The notes: a model not told the origin generated them from the letters alone. Shown: positions 9,298 through 17,997, counted from the first letter of the stretch. The stretch: DNA of 64,000 nt from an uncultured bacterium (GCA_937996235.1 CALKVK010000011.1:49767-113766), one strand, 5' to 3'. Made by a program: numbers and translations.

Positions 9298-9687
9298 ATG
9301 AGCACGGTCCGGAGCCGCGACACCGCCCCGGAACTCCGAGTCCGGAGCGCCCTGCATCGACTCGGCTTCAGGTTCCGGCTACACGTGCCGAACCTCCCCG
9401 GCCGGCCGGACATCGCTTTGCCCAGGCACTCCGTGGTGGTGTTCGTCCACGGGTGCTTCTGGCACGGCCATGCGGGCTGCCGGCGATCCGCCAGACCGAG
9501 CAGTCACCGCGCGTTCTGGAACGCGAAGATCGACGGCAACGTCGCCCGCGACTCCCGCGTCCGGCGGCAGCTCCGTCGCCTCGGATGGCGCGTGGTGGTG
9601 ATCTGGGAGTGCTGGACCCACGACGATGGGCATCTTCAGGGGCGCCTGCGTAGACTCCTCCAGAATGACCGGGGAGGCAGAGCATGA
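9298..9687 (+). CDS. vsr: Very-short-patch repair endonuclease Vsr
   Basis: 129 aa, MSTVRSRDTAPELRVRSALHRLGFRFRLH...PDIALPRHSVVVFVHGCFWHGH...VIWECW, matching conserved Vsr blocks. Stop overlaps the next gene start (ATGA). Confidence 0.9.
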   Translation: MSTVRSRDTAPELRVRSALHRLGFRFRLHVPNLPGRPDIALPRHSVVVFVHGCFWHGHAGCRRSARPSSHRAFWNAKIDGNVARDSRVRRQLRRLGWRVVVIWECWTHDDGHLQGRLRRLLQNDRGGRA

Positions 9688-10313
9688 CGAGCGCGCGGGA
9701 CAAGATCAGGGCGTTCCTTGAAGCAAATGTCGGGAAGGTCGTCAACACGCAGCAGGTCCGAGACGTCGCCGGCATCAGCGAGTACGCCCGTCGCCTCCGG
9801 GAACTCCGAGACGACGAAGGGATGCAGATCCACTCGCACATCGACGACGAGAGCCTGAGCCCCGGCGAGTACAAGCTGGTCGACCTGAAGCGCGAGCCGC
9901 GCATCGCCGACGGGATCTCGCCGCAGAAGCGCGCCCGCATCCTGGAGCGGAACGGCTACACGTGCCAGATGTGCGGAGCCGGTCCCGGCGACCCCGATCC
10001 GTTCAACGCCGGTCGGAAGACGCGCCTCCATATCGACCACGTCACGCCCCGCGCTCAGGGCGGGACCGACGACGACGAGAACCTCCGGGTGCTGTGCTCA
10101 GCGTGCAACCAGTCGAAGGCGAACATCCAGTCGCCGAGCGAGGACGCGCGGAACCTGCTCGCGCGCATCCGGCGGGCGCCCAGGTCGGTGCGCCGGGAGG
10201 TCTACGCGTCGCTGCAACGGTCATTCGGCGACACCCCTCGCGCAGGCCGCGACGTCGCTGCGGACCCGGACGACGGCGACCAGAGTGATGCGGGCCCGGG
10301 ACTTCGCGCGTGA
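9684..10313 (+). CDS. Winged-helix plus HNH endonuclease (paralogue of the C-terminal half of 7079-8002)
   Basis: N-terminus KIRAFLEANVGKVVNTQQVRDVAGISEYARRLRELRDDEGMQI parallels the repeat in the upstream HNH protein. HNH core CQMCGAG...HIDHVTPRAQGGTDDDENLRVLCSACNQSKAN. 4-nt overlaps with both neighbours. Confidence 0.8.
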   Translation: MTSARDKIRAFLEANVGKVVNTQQVRDVAGISEYARRLRELRDDEGMQIHSHIDDESLSPGEYKLVDLKREPRIADGISPQKRARILERNGYTCQMCGAGPGDPDPFNAGRKTRLHIDHVTPRAQGGTDDDENLRVLCSACNQSKANIQSPSEDARNLLARIRRAPRSVRREVYASLQRSFGDTPRAGRDVAADPDDGDQSDAGPGLRA

Positions 10314-10744
10314 GCATCAAGAAGCAGGAGTTCTACGAGGGCGCCGCACTTCACCTGCTCGCCCGCGGTCGCGGCACCCTCACACTTCGGCATGAGCCGC
10401 CATGCTTCATCGCCGACGATCGGCTCGTCCTGTACCTGAAGTACTGCACGAAGGTGCGGAGCCCGTGGGGCTTCACTCTCGGCGCCAGCGAATTGGATCA
10501 CCTCGGAGAGTACGACTTGCGGTTCGACGTCGTGTTGGGGTTCATCTGCGGGGGCGACGGCGTGGCGGCGGTCCGGTACGACGAGGTTCGACAGATCACC
10601 GCCATCCGGACGGACGTGTTCCACATCGCCTGCTACCGCAAGCACCACGAGCACTACGAAGTGAGCGGCCCATCGGGGACGGTGCCGCACAAGGTCGCGC
10701 CGTCCGACTGGCCCCGAGTCCTCGACAAAAAGAGAGCCCGATGA
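10310..10744 (+). CDS. Hypothetical protein (144 aa) in the restriction operon
   Basis: GTG start overlapping the upstream stop (GTGA); its own stop overlaps the Z1 gene start (ATGA). Lower-GC codon usage consistent with its neighbours. No recognisable motif. Confidence 0.5.
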   Translation: MSIKKQEFYEGAALHLLARGRGTLTLRHEPPCFIADDRLVLYLKYCTKVRSPWGFTLGASELDHLGEYDLRFDVVLGFICGGDGVAAVRYDEVRQITAIRTDVFHIACYRKHHEHYEVSGPSGTVPHKVAPSDWPRVLDKKRAR

Positions 10745-12687
10745 AGCACCAGGACGAAGTCGTCAACGTCCTTAAGAAGCAGATCGGGCGGGACGACGAG
10801 GTCGAGGAGATCCGCGCCACCGCTACGCGCGTCGCGGAGCGTTGGGTAGACCCGCTGAGCAGCGGCGAGCAGCATACGAACGGGCTGATCTACGGACTCA
10901 TTCAGAGCGGCAAGACCGGCGTACTCACGGTCACCGGTGCCATCGGCGCGGACCAAGGCTACAAGACCCTGATCATCCTAACCTCGGACAATGATCCGCT
11001 GTACGAGCAGACGCTCACGCGCGTGCGCGAGTCGTTCCCCGGGATGGACATACTCGGCAAGCCGGACTTCAAGGACGCCGACGCGTTCCTGCAGCGCATC
11101 CGGTCGGGTACCTGTGCGATCGTTACGACCAAGAACGCGGGCATCCTCGAGACGCTCATCGAGAACTTCAAGAAGGGCAGGCTCAAGGGGCTGGCGGCCC
11201 TGATCATCGACGACGAAGCGGATCAGGCCAGCCTGAACACCAGGGAGCGCAAGGCGGACGGCACCCGGAGCACGATCAACGATCGCATCGTCCAGCTTCG
11301 CGGGTTCTTCCAGAGGAACACCTACCTGCAGGTCACCGCGACCCCGCAGGCGCTGTTCCTTCAGACGCCGGGACACGACTTCCGCCCGAGGTTCACGATC
11401 CTCAGCAACCCCGGCTCGGAGTACGTGGGCGGCGACGACTTCTTCGGCGAAGCCTCGAAGCTGCTGCGCGAGTTCCCGCTCCCGGAGATCCAGAACCTCT
11501 CCGCCGGCGCGCAGCCGCATCCGACGCTTGCGATCCCGCCGTCGCTCCTCCGCGCGCTGGACACGTTCATGGTCGCCGCGACGCACAAGCGAATGCTCGA
11601 CGCGTCGCAGAACTGCGCCTTCCTGTGCCACGTGAGCACCGGCAAGAGCGACCACGAGCACATAGAGAAGCTGCTCCGGAAGTACAAGGCGGACCTCATG
11701 ACGGCCGCCAAGAAGCCGGATGCCAAGTTCCTGGCCAGGCTTCGCGTCGGGTACGACGACCTCAAGGCAACGCACCCCAACCTCGCGGCTACGCCCCTCG
11801 ACGCGATCGTCGAGCACATCGCGTTCTACTCCGCGAGCGCTACGGTCAAGCGCGTGAACGGCGACACGGACGAAGATGTAGCCGTCCTCTCGCCCTACAA
11901 CCTGTTCGTCGGCGGCAACAAGCTCGGCCGCGGCGTCACGATCAGGAACCTCCTCGTCAGCTACTACGGTCGCAACCCGGCGCGCCCGCAGGCCGACACC
12001 GTGCTCCAGCACGCGCGAATGTACGGCTACCGCAGGAATGACATCGGCCTACTACGCCTGTTCCTGCCTCCCGAGCTGCACCGAGTGTTCAGGGCGATCC
12101 ACAAGATGGAGCTCGGCCTCCGCGCGCTCGTCGCGAAGAACCCCGACGAGGCCTTCCGCGGGGTCTACGTCGAAGGGGCAGTGAAGGCCACCCGCCCAGG
12201 CGTGCTCTTCCCCGGCGCCCTCGGCATCTACTCCGGGGGGAGCGTCTATAACCCCGCCCAAGTGATGCGCGACGCGTCGGTCGCTGCGGCGACGAAGGAG
12301 ATCGACGGGCTGCTGGCGGCGATCCCGAACAAGGGATGGAAAGAGGTGCCCCTCGAGACGATCCGCAAGCTCGTCTCCCTTTCGAGGCCCGACGAGAGCG
12401 CGTCCGCCTGCATCTGGAACTCGGAGGCGATCTCCGAGTCGATCGGGCAGCTAGCGGACATCAAGAAGCAGTCCACGGGTTACGTCTACGTGGACCGCGA
12501 TCGCGGCCTCCGCGAGGCGCGCGACGAGACGCAGGGCATCCTGACCGGCGGCGAGGCGGGGACGGTGCCGCCCGAGAAGGTCACTCTCTTCCTGCTTCGC
12601 ACCAGGGCCGACAAGGGGGAGCAACCTGCGTGGTGGCCGCAGGTCCGGTTCCCGGCCGGTCAGTACGCCATCGCGTTCTCGATGTAG
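10741..12687 (+). CDS. Z1-domain P-loop ATPase (restriction-system associated)
   Basis: 648 aa. Walker A GLIYGLIQSGKTGVLT, DEAD-like IIDDEADQAS, LQVTATPQALFL. Overall organisation matches the Z1 family that accompanies C5-MTases, Vsr and HNH genes. Confidence 0.75.
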   Translation: MKHQDEVVNVLKKQIGRDDEVEEIRATATRVAERWVDPLSSGEQHTNGLIYGLIQSGKTGVLTVTGAIGADQGYKTLIILTSDNDPLYEQTLTRVRESFPGMDILGKPDFKDADAFLQRIRSGTCAIVTTKNAGILETLIENFKKGRLKGLAALIIDDEADQASLNTRERKADGTRSTINDRIVQLRGFFQRNTYLQVTATPQALFLQTPGHDFRPRFTILSNPGSEYVGGDDFFGEASKLLREFPLPEIQNLSAGAQPHPTLAIPPSLLRALDTFMVAATHKRMLDASQNCAFLCHVSTGKSDHEHIEKLLRKYKADLMTAAKKPDAKFLARLRVGYDDLKATHPNLAATPLDAIVEHIAFYSASATVKRVNGDTDEDVAVLSPYNLFVGGNKLGRGVTIRNLLVSYYGRNPARPQADTVLQHARMYGYRRNDIGLLRLFLPPELHRVFRAIHKMELGLRALVAKNPDEAFRGVYVEGAVKATRPGVLFPGALGIYSGGSVYNPAQVMRDASVAAATKEIDGLLAAIPNKGWKEVPLETIRKLVSLSRPDESASACIWNSEAISESIGQLADIKKQSTGYVYVDRDRGLREARDETQGILTGGEAGTVPPEKVTLFLLRTRADKGEQPAWWPQVRFPAGQYAIAFSM

Positions 12688-12796
12688 GGGCCGGCTCAGG
12701 GCAGACCTCGGCGAACCGCTGGTGGAGGCTTGCATGCTGCCCAGGCCGGGTTCTGTACGGGAACAATCCCAGTAGCGAGCGTCGCTTTGGCGCGCG

Positions 12797-14053
12797 CTAC
12801 CCGAAGCCGCGCGTGCCGAATTGCTCGAGCTTGGCTGCCTGTTCCGGCATCAGGAGCGCCGGGGCGCCGCCCGCGGCGGTCGGGTAGACCCGGGCCGCCT
12901 CCCAGAGGTGTTGGCGGACGCTGGCTGCGACGCCTGGCTTGACGCCGGCCGCGACGAGGGCGGCGTGGTGGAAGAGGTAGGCGTTCTCGATGACGAGGGG
13001 GCGGGTGAGGCCGCGTGAACTGGCGGCGGAGCGCTTCGGGCCGGTCAGGACGAGGTAGGTGTCGGGCGGATCGGCGACGGCCGCGTCGAGGATGCCCTCC
13101 TGCGCGCCGTAGAACTTCACGTTGACGGTGTGACCCGCGAAGGGGCCACCGCGGAAGACGCCGTCGGCGCCCTTGTGGACTGCGGAGTCGTAAAGCTCGA
13201 TGTCGAAGACGTGGGCCGCGATGAACTCGCCCAGGTGGCCGCGCTCCGCGGGGCGGCCGATGAGGCGGGCGATCTGGGCGTCGAGTGCGTTGCGTCGGCG
13301 CAGGAGCGCCGCGAGGCGCTCGAGAGGCTCGGCCGCGCGGAGCCAGAGATGGCAGCGCGTCCGGCAGCGCTCGCTCTGGGCGTCGCCGAACACTCGCGCC
13401 GCGTGGGGGTCCGGCCACGCGGCGTCGAACCGCTGCCAGCGGCCTGCGCGGATGCCCGCGGCGGCCTCGAGCTCGGTGAGGTCGGCGTCGGTCATCTCCC
13501 AGCGCGAACCGGGCTCGTCGAGGTCGAACGCCACGACGAGCACGCCGACGAGCGCCGCGACCTCGGGCAGGAGCGCCGCGACCTTCGCGAAGTCGCGGGC
13601 GGCGCCGGACGCTTCATCGACGAGGTGCTTCCGGTAGCTGCGGTTCGAACGCAATCGCGTCCGCTCGCGGAGGTACGTCCACGCACCCTTGACCTCGATC
13701 CAGGCCTGCGCACCTTCCTCCAGTTCCAGGACGAGGTCGCAGGTGCCGCGCGTGACGCCGTCGTCGAGGCGGCGCGCGCGCGATGGATACGGCATCTGCG
13801 CGGCCGCTGCCTGCACCGTGGTCCCGTCCGGCAGACGCGCGGCCAGCGCCTCGGAGATGGCGTCCTCGGTCGTGTCCCTGCCCGTGCGGCCGAGGTGGGC
13901 GTGCAGCCAGCGGAGGCCGGTCGCGTAGCCGTTGCGGACCGTGTCTGCCTCGTGGTCGAGCTCCGCGAGCACTCCAAAGATGCGCTCCGCCAGCGTGGAT
14001 GCGCAGTTCGTGCGATCGGCGCTCGAAACGGCGCCCCCATCCGATTCCCCCAT
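12797..14053 (-). CDS. Hypothetical protein with putative PD-(D/E)xK nuclease motif
   Basis: Start at ATG (complement 14051-14053) preceded by GGAGGTGAGGAGC. Strong G/C third-position bias on the minus strand. Contains CDLVLELEEGAQAWIEVKG (hhhD...hExK). The competing plus-strand ORF looks like antisense junk. Confidence 0.5.
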   Translation of the reverse strand: MGESDGGAVSSADRTNCASTLAERIFGVLAELDHEADTVRNGYATGLRWLHAHLGRTGRDTTEDAISEALAARLPDGTTVQAAAAQMPYPSRARRLDDGVTRGTCDLVLELEEGAQAWIEVKGAWTYLRERTRLRSNRSYRKHLVDEASGAARDFAKVAALLPEVAALVGVLVVAFDLDEPGSRWEMTDADLTELEAAAGIRAGRWQRFDAAWPDPHAARVFGDAQSERCRTRCHLWLRAAEPLERLAALLRRRNALDAQIARLIGRPAERGHLGEFIAAHVFDIELYDSAVHKGADGVFRGGPFAGHTVNVKFYGAQEGILDAAVADPPDTYLVLTGPKRSAASSRGLTRPLVIENAYLFHHAALVAAGVKPGVAASVRQHLWEAARVYPTAAGGAPALLMPEQAAKLEQFGTRGFG

Positions 14054-14217
14054 GCTCCTCACCTCCGCGATCTCCCGCGGGGAAGCGTACCCGACCGATC
14101 CCCGTCGCACCGCGCCGACCTCGGGCCCTCGCGAGCAGGTGCCCACGCCGGGCGCCCCCGGCCCGTTCTGGACCGGACGGTCCGGGTGTGCGCACGATGG
14201 CGCGCGGAGCGCACGCG

Positions 14218-14808
14218 ATGGCACGGCCGAAGGAGTTCGACGTCGATCTGGCCCTGGAGCGGGCGATGGACGTGTTCTGGGTGCACGGCTACGAGGCGAC
14301 GTCGCTGCCGATGCTGCTCGAGGCGACGGGGATCGGGCGGCAGAGCCTCTACGACACGTTCGGCGGGAAGCGCGAGCTGTTCCTCGCGGCGCTCGACCGG
14401 TACGACGCGAAGGTGGCGGAGGCGATCGTGGCGCCGCTCGTCGCGGACGACGCCGAGCGCGGTGGGCTCGCGGCGATCCGGGCGTACTTCGACGAGGCGG
14501 TGCTGCGGCTGACGCGCGAGAAGCCGTGCCGTGCGTGCCTTGTCGCGAACGCGACGATGGAGCTCGCGCCGCGCGACGCGGAGATCACGGCGCGGGTCGC
14601 GCGGTCGATCCGGCGCATCGAGACGGCGCTGCGGATGGCGGTCGTCCGGGGGCAGGAGCGCGGCGAGATCGGGGCGCGCCACGAGCCGCGCGCGCTCGCG
14701 CGCTTCCTCGCGAGCGTGGGGTTCGGGCTGGCGGTGGCGGCGAAGGCGGGGGCCACGCGCAAGGCGCTGCGCGAGACGGTGGACGTCGCGCTCGGCGCGC
14801 TCGCCTGA
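14218..14808 (+). CDS. TetR/AcrR family transcriptional regulator
   Basis: N-terminal HTH region MARPKEFDVDLALERAMDVFWVHGYEATSLPMLLEATGIGRQSLYDTFGGKRELF. Confidence 0.85.
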   Translation: MARPKEFDVDLALERAMDVFWVHGYEATSLPMLLEATGIGRQSLYDTFGGKRELFLAALDRYDAKVAEAIVAPLVADDAERGGLAAIRAYFDEAVLRLTREKPCRACLVANATMELAPRDAEITARVARSIRRIETALRMAVVRGQERGEIGARHEPRALARFLASVGFGLAVAAKAGATRKALRETVDVALGALA

Positions 14809-14982
14809 GCGACGGTCCGCAGCATCGCGCGCGGTCGGGCCGCGGTACGGCGGCGCCGCCGGCGGCAGAGCGGCGCCCGCTCGCGGGAACTTCACGCGCG
14901 GTTTCCGGGATTTTTTGGACCGTTCGATCCATTATCACGCGGTCGGGCACGGGGCCCGGGACGGACCGGAGGAGACGCGACG

Positions 14983-15729
14983 ATGCGACTGGACGGCAAG
15001 ACGGCGGTGGTGACCGGAGGCAACAGTGGAATCGGACTCGCGATCGCGCACGCGCTGAAGGCTGCGGGGGCGCGGGTCGCGCTCACGGGGCGCCGGGCGG
15101 ACGAGACCGCCGCCGCGGCGCGCGAGGTCGGCGGCGGAACGCTCGGGATCGTCGGCGACGTCGCGGATCTCGCGGACCTCGACCGGCTGTTCGCGGAGGT
15201 GCGCGAGCGGCTCGGGACGATCGACGTGCTCGTCGCGAACGCGGGGCTCGGGATCGTGCGGCCGCTCGGCGAGACGACCGAGGCCGACTACGACCACATG
15301 ATGGACGTGAACGCGAAGGGCACGTTCTTCACGGTGCAGAAGGCGCTGCCCCACCTGAACGACGGCGCGTCGATCGTGCTGACGGGCTCGATCGCGGCCC
15401 ACGCGGGCATGCCCGGGTTCTCGGTCTACAGCGCGACGAAGGCGGCGATCCGCTCGTTCGCGCGCACGTTCGCGGCGGAGCTCGCACCGCGCGGCATCCG
15501 CGTCAACGTGCTCAGCCCCGGACCGATCGCGACGCCGATCTTCGACAAGATGGGCCTCGAGAAGGCGCAGGTCGACGCGTTCGCGGAGCACATCGGCACG
15601 CAGGTGCCGCTCGGCCGCTTCGGCCGCCCGGACGAGATGGCGCAGGCGGCGCTGTTCCTCGCGTCGCCGGCGTCGTCGTACGTGACGGGCGCGGACCTGC
15701 AGGCCGACGGCGGGCTGACGCAGGTCTGA
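14983..15729 (+). CDS. Short-chain dehydrogenase/reductase (SDR)
   Basis: TGGNSGIG cofactor motif, NAG, and catalytic YSATKAA (YxxxK). Confidence 0.9.
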   Translation: MRLDGKTAVVTGGNSGIGLAIAHALKAAGARVALTGRRADETAAAAREVGGGTLGIVGDVADLADLDRLFAEVRERLGTIDVLVANAGLGIVRPLGETTEADYDHMMDVNAKGTFFTVQKALPHLNDGASIVLTGSIAAHAGMPGFSVYSATKAAIRSFARTFAAELAPRGIRVNVLSPGPIATPIFDKMGLEKAQVDAFAEHIGTQVPLGRFGRPDEMAQAALFLASPASSYVTGADLQADGGLTQV

Positions 15730-15759
15730 CGCGGTCGGCGCCTGGGACGTGACGGACGA

Positions 15760-15783
15760 CCCCGGCGACGCGTGTCGCCGGGG
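15760..15783 (+). terminator. GC-rich hairpin (CCCCGGCGAC-GCGT-GTCGCCGGGG) downstream of the SDR gene
   Basis: Perfect 10-bp inverted repeat with a 4-nt loop, 30 nt after the stop codon. No U-tract. Confidence 0.35.
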
Positions 15784-15991
15784 CCGTCGGCGTGATGAGG
15801 ACGCTCTCCTCACCGGTGTCGGTTTGGGCGGGACACACGGAGGACGTGCGGTGACGATCTCCCGCGCGGACCGGGTCAGGAAGGACAGGCATCTCCGTGC
15901 TCATCGACGACTCGATCGGCGCCGCGGGACCCGTGACGCCGAACTCGGCGCAGCCCGTGACGTTCCCCGTCCACCCACGCCGAGGTGGCGC

Positions 15992-16651
15992 ATGAGCGAC
16001 GACCTGGCGTTCCGCAAGGCGTGTCTCGCGGGCGACGTGGACGGGGTGCGGCGCGGACTCGACGCTGGCTGCGACGCGGCGGCCGCGAACGCGAAGGGGA
16101 TGACGCCGCTGATGCTCGCGGTCTGGCAGGGCGACCATGCGGACGTCGTCGACGTGCTGGTCGGCGCCGGTGCGGACGTGGCGTCGGCGCAGCCGTCGTC
16201 GGGCTGGACCGCGTTCACGTTCGCGGCGGTGAACGGACGCGCGGCGGCGCTGCCGCGGCTGCTCGCGCACGGAGCGGACCCGCGCGGCGACTGGAAGGCG
16301 CTGCACTTCGCCGTGCAGTACCGGAGCGCGGCCACGGTGCCGCTGGTGCTCGCCGCGGGCGTGCCGGTGGACGCGCGCGACGACGACGGACGCACCGCGC
16401 TGCACCGCGCCGCGCGCAACTCGGACGCGGGCCTCGTCGCGCTCTTGCTCGAAGCGGGCGCGGATGCGAACGCGCGGGACGCCGCCGGGCGCACACCGCT
16501 CCACGAGGCGTGCGCGAAGGCGAACGTCGCAAACGTCCACGCGCTCCGCGCCGCGGGAGCGGGCGTCGATGCGGCGGACGGTGCGGGCGTGACGCCGCGC
16601 GACGTGGCGCGGAAGGCCGGGCGCGCGAAGATCCTGGCGGCGCTCGGGTGA
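15992..16651 (+). CDS. Ankyrin-repeat protein
   Basis: Repeated ..G.TPLH.A...G......LL..GA..N. units (GMTPLMLAVWQGDHADVVDVLVGAGADV, GRTALHRAARNSDAGLVALLLEAGADANARDAAGRTPLHEA). Confidence 0.85.
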   Translation: MSDDLAFRKACLAGDVDGVRRGLDAGCDAAAANAKGMTPLMLAVWQGDHADVVDVLVGAGADVASAQPSSGWTAFTFAAVNGRAAALPRLLAHGADPRGDWKALHFAVQYRSAATVPLVLAAGVPVDARDDDGRTALHRAARNSDAGLVALLLEAGADANARDAAGRTPLHEACAKANVANVHALRAAGAGVDAADGAGVTPRDVARKAGRAKILAALG

Positions 16652-16741
16652 TCGGGCGGGGGCGCCATCGGCTCCTGCGGTCCCGCGTCGGCGGCGCAGT
16701 GCGGCGGCGCGTAGAGTGAGCGCACCCCCACGGAGTCCGCC

Positions 16742-17017
16742 ATGTGCCGCAACATCCGCGTCCTCTTCAACTTCGACCCGCCGGCGACGGACGAGGAGAT
16801 GCGCGCGGCCGCGCTGCAGTACGTGCGCAAGGTGAGCGGCGCGACGCGTCCCTCGAAGGCCAACGAGGCGGCGTTCGAGCGTGCGGTCGACGAGGTCGCC
16901 CGCGCGACGCGCACGCTGCTCGACGCGCTCAGCACGGCGACGCCGCCGCGCGACCGCGAGGAGTTCGCGGCGCGGGCGCGCGAGAAGTCGGCGCGGCGCT
17001 TCGGGCGCGCGACCTGA
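16742..17017 (+). CDS. DUF2277-family small protein
   Basis: MCRNIRVLFNFDPPATDEEMRAAALQYVRKVSG matches the conserved N-terminus of the DUF2277 family. Confidence 0.7.
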   Translation: MCRNIRVLFNFDPPATDEEMRAAALQYVRKVSGATRPSKANEAAFERAVDEVARATRTLLDALSTATPPRDREEFAARAREKSARRFGRAT

Positions 17018-17076
17018 GCGAGCGCCGCGCCGGATGCGCGCGCGAGGCCGCGGGTCTGTCCCCGATTCAACGGCTC

Positions 17077-17213
17077 GTCACGTCGCGAGGCTGCGCGAGG
17101 ACCGTCCCCTTCGACACGGGAAGTCACGTCGCGAGGCTGCGCGAGGACCGTCCCCTTCGACACGGGAAGTTGCGGCGCGAGGGTGCGCGAGGACCGTCCC
17201 CGATTCGGGGACG
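17077..17213. repeat. 46-bp tandem direct repeat: two perfect copies plus a diverged third that ends in the perfect palindrome GTCCCCGATTCGGGGAC
   Basis: Unit tcacgtcgcgaggctgcgcgaggaccgtccccttcgacacgggaag at 17077-17122 and 17123-17168. The third unit 17169-17213 is ttgcggcgcgagggtgcgcgaggaccgtccccgattcggggacgg. The motif gtccccgattc also occurs at 17056-17066. Confidence 0.85.
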
Positions 17214-17317
17214 GGGGTGCGATCGGTTCTACTCGGCGTGCGGGCGGCGGAGCGTGCCGCAGGCGGCGCCCACGTCGGGCGGCGCGGGCACGCGGGCGCG
17301 CCCCGGGAGAGAGCGAC

Positions 17318-17425
17318 ATGGCCAAGGGACAGGTGCGCGGCGAGAAGAGCAACAAGAAGAAGCTGACGATCAAGGAGAAGCAGGCGAAGAAGGCCGAGAA
17401 GAAGGCTCTGAAGAACAAGGGCTGA
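17318..17425 (+). CDS. Possible small lysine-rich protein (35 aa)
   Basis: ATG at 17318 preceded by GGGAGAGAG. Product MAKGQVRGEKSNKKKLTIKEKQAKKAEKKALKNKG. It uses AAG/AAA-rich codons that stand out in this GC-rich region. Lies directly downstream of the 46-bp repeat array. Confidence 0.35.
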   Translation: MAKGQVRGEKSNKKKLTIKEKQAKKAEKKALKNKG

Positions 17426-17586
17426 GCGCCGCCCGCGGCCGTCGTCGTGCGCGCGGTCGATGCCGGGCTCGATCCCCGGGCGACGTCCCGCGCCACGGCG
17501 GCGATCCGCGCAGACCCTCGGACCGGAACAGGCGGCCGAACCGGGCCGCGCGCGTGTCGTCCCACGCACGGAGGGGAATCGACTCG

Positions 17587-17997
17587 ATGCCGCAGGTCGG
17601 CTACTCCGGAACCCCCCTCGCGAAGAAGCTCGGCATCAAGCCGGGCACGCGCCTGCGCACCGAGGACGCGCCCGCGCACTACGCCGACCTGCTCGCGCCG
17701 CTCCCCGACGGCGTGACGCCCTCGACGTCCCTCCGCCGCGACGTGGACGTCTGGCACCTCTTCACGACGTCGGCGGCACGGTTGCGCGCCCGGCTGCCGA
17801 AGGCGCTGGCGGGCATCCGCCGCGACGGCGCGATCTGGGTCTCGTGGCCCAAGAAGGCGTCGCGCGTGCCGACCGACGTCACCGAGGACGTCGTGCGCGC
17901 CGTGGCCCTGCCGCTCGGCCTCGTGGACGTGAAGGTCTGCGCGGTGGACGAGGTCTGGTCGGGGCTGAAGCTCGTGATCCGCGTCGAGCGCCGCTGA
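17587..17997 (+). CDS. DUF3052-family protein
   Basis: MPQVGYSGTPLAKKLGIKPGTRL...DVWHLFTTSAARLRARLPKALAGIRRDGAIWVSWPKKAS matches the DUF3052 conserved pattern. Confidence 0.65.
   Translation: MPQVGYSGTPLAKKLGIKPGTRLRTEDAPAHYADLLAPLPDGVTPSTSLRRDVDVWHLFTTSAARLRARLPKALAGIRRDGAIWVSWPKKASRVPTDVTEDVVRAVALPLGLVDVKVCAVDEVWSGLKLVIRVERR

Larger units (their letters stand above)
6839..14053. other. tRNA-adjacent putative horizontally acquired DNA-modification/restriction (defence) island
   Basis: Lies immediately 3' of the tRNA. Gene content is unlike the flanking core genes (HNH x2, C5-MTase, Vsr, Z1, PD-(D/E)xK-like). The stretch ~9.7-12.7 kb is visibly less GC-rich, with more AAG/AAC/ATC/GAA codons. 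No integrase or att repeat was found. Confidence 0.5.

Noticed and set aside
13130-14512. 460-aa plus-strand ORF overlapping the putative PD-(D/E)xK gene
   Set aside because: Mixed junk composition that decays into Arg/Ser repeats. The minus-strand frame shows consistent G/C third-position bias, a good RBS and ATG, and a nuclease-like motif.
17077-17213. Considered whether the 46-bp tandem repeats are a CRISPR array
   Set aside because: Only 2-3 contiguous units with no unique spacers between them and no cas genes in the window, so this is a tandem duplication or iteron-like array.
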